Assembly: GCF_006345805.1 (NCBI RefSeq)
Contig: NC_042999.1
Span: 166,780,001 to 166,844,000, forward strand
DNA from: Octopus sinensis
Lineage: Eukaryota
DNA: 64,000 nucleotides
Direction: 5' to 3'
Part shown: piece by piece, positions 63,178 through 64,000 of the stretch
Layout: each line of letters starts with the position of its first letter
How positions within the stretch are numbered: the stretch's first letter is position 1
Made by a program: the position numbers and the translations under genes
The notes under the pieces: model-generated
Told to the model about the DNA's origin: nothing
The model's input: the letters and a program-made list of their open reading frames with translations, nothing else
The model's database searches: none

Positions 63178-64000
63178 TTGACTGGTCCTTTACACAACAC
63201 ACATCTCCACCAACCATAAAACATCTTGGCAGATCTTTGTAGACACCGTCACAGACATATGTGCAAAACACTCCCCACCAAGACCTGTGAACAAAAAGTG
63301 CAGAATCCCCCAAAACAGAAAAACCATTATCAGAAAAATAAAAAGAACAAACAAAAAATTAACAAACTAAAGTACTGCCAACAGCAACACACACATTCGA
63401 CGGCTATCGCACTGCTTGAATCCAAAAAATATAACCTCCAACAATGCATGAAGACCCTCATCAATAACCAAAGATCAGCTGAGGAGAAGTGGGCCATTGA
63501 AAAATCAAACAACCCCAAAGTGTTCTTTTCATTTGCGAGGAAACGCAGGGTCACTGTCTCCATTGTTGGCCCTCTAATTGATGAAACTGGCACTCTCCAA
63601 GATAATGCCAAATCCATGGCCGAGATACTGCAGAAACAATACTGCTCTGTTTTCAGCAATCCTGATATGGCCGATCTGGGCTGTATCAGTGATGTCAACC
63701 CCCTACACACTATATCGGACATAACGTTTAGTGCCCCTGATGTCTTAGGCGGCGATAAACGAAATAAAACATTCAGCAGTAGGCCCCGATAGGTTCCCTG
63801 CTTGTGTCCTGAAGGTGTGTCGACACCAACTTGCATCTCCCCTTGCTAATCTGTGGAGAAACTCACTGGATGCTGGCTATATTCAAAAAACCTTCTGTCC
63901 AGTCTGTTGTCCCAGTTTTCAAAAAGGGAAACAAGTCCCTTGCAGTGAACTACCGTCCGATCTCACTCACCTCTCATATCATCAAGGTATTTGAGAGGGT
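63178..64000 (+). mobile_element. CR1/L2-type LINE, linker and RT N-terminus, runs off the window end
   Basis: NNPKVFFSFARK..VGPLIDETG..AEILQKQYCSVFS; GP.RFPACVLK; VVPVFKKGNKSLAVNYRPISLTSHIIKVFER. Confidence 0.9.

Overview
AT-rich, microsatellite-dense animal genomic DNA. The SINE families look like those of Octopus or another coleoid cephalopod; this is recognition from memory, not a database result. The only host gene I can support is GTP cyclohydrolase I (GCH1/Punch, + strand). Its first coding exon is 21788-22130, a 39.3-kb phase-1 intron follows, and a 110-nt second exon lies at 61422-61531; later exons are beyond the window. Everything else is repeat-derived: at least four tRNA-derived SINE families, a DD36E Tc1-type relic, a mariner derivative, a hAT MITE, Helitron helicase chips, a Gypsy gag/LTR fragment, CR1-type and R4/Dong-type LINEs, and Penelope-like element (PLE) remnants. 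Two things stand out. (1) There are more than a dozen type-I hammerhead ribozyme motifs, several with intact cores. They repeatedly sit in short inverted-repeat elements lodged in (TA)n tracts, each carrying one outward-pointing hammerhead per arm. (2) A decayed PLE-like ORF appears to combine a 2A-like NPGP motif, a Ulp1/C48 SUMO-protease domain and the PLE RT N-terminus. Repeat boundaries were read by eye and are approximate unless exact motif coordinates are given.
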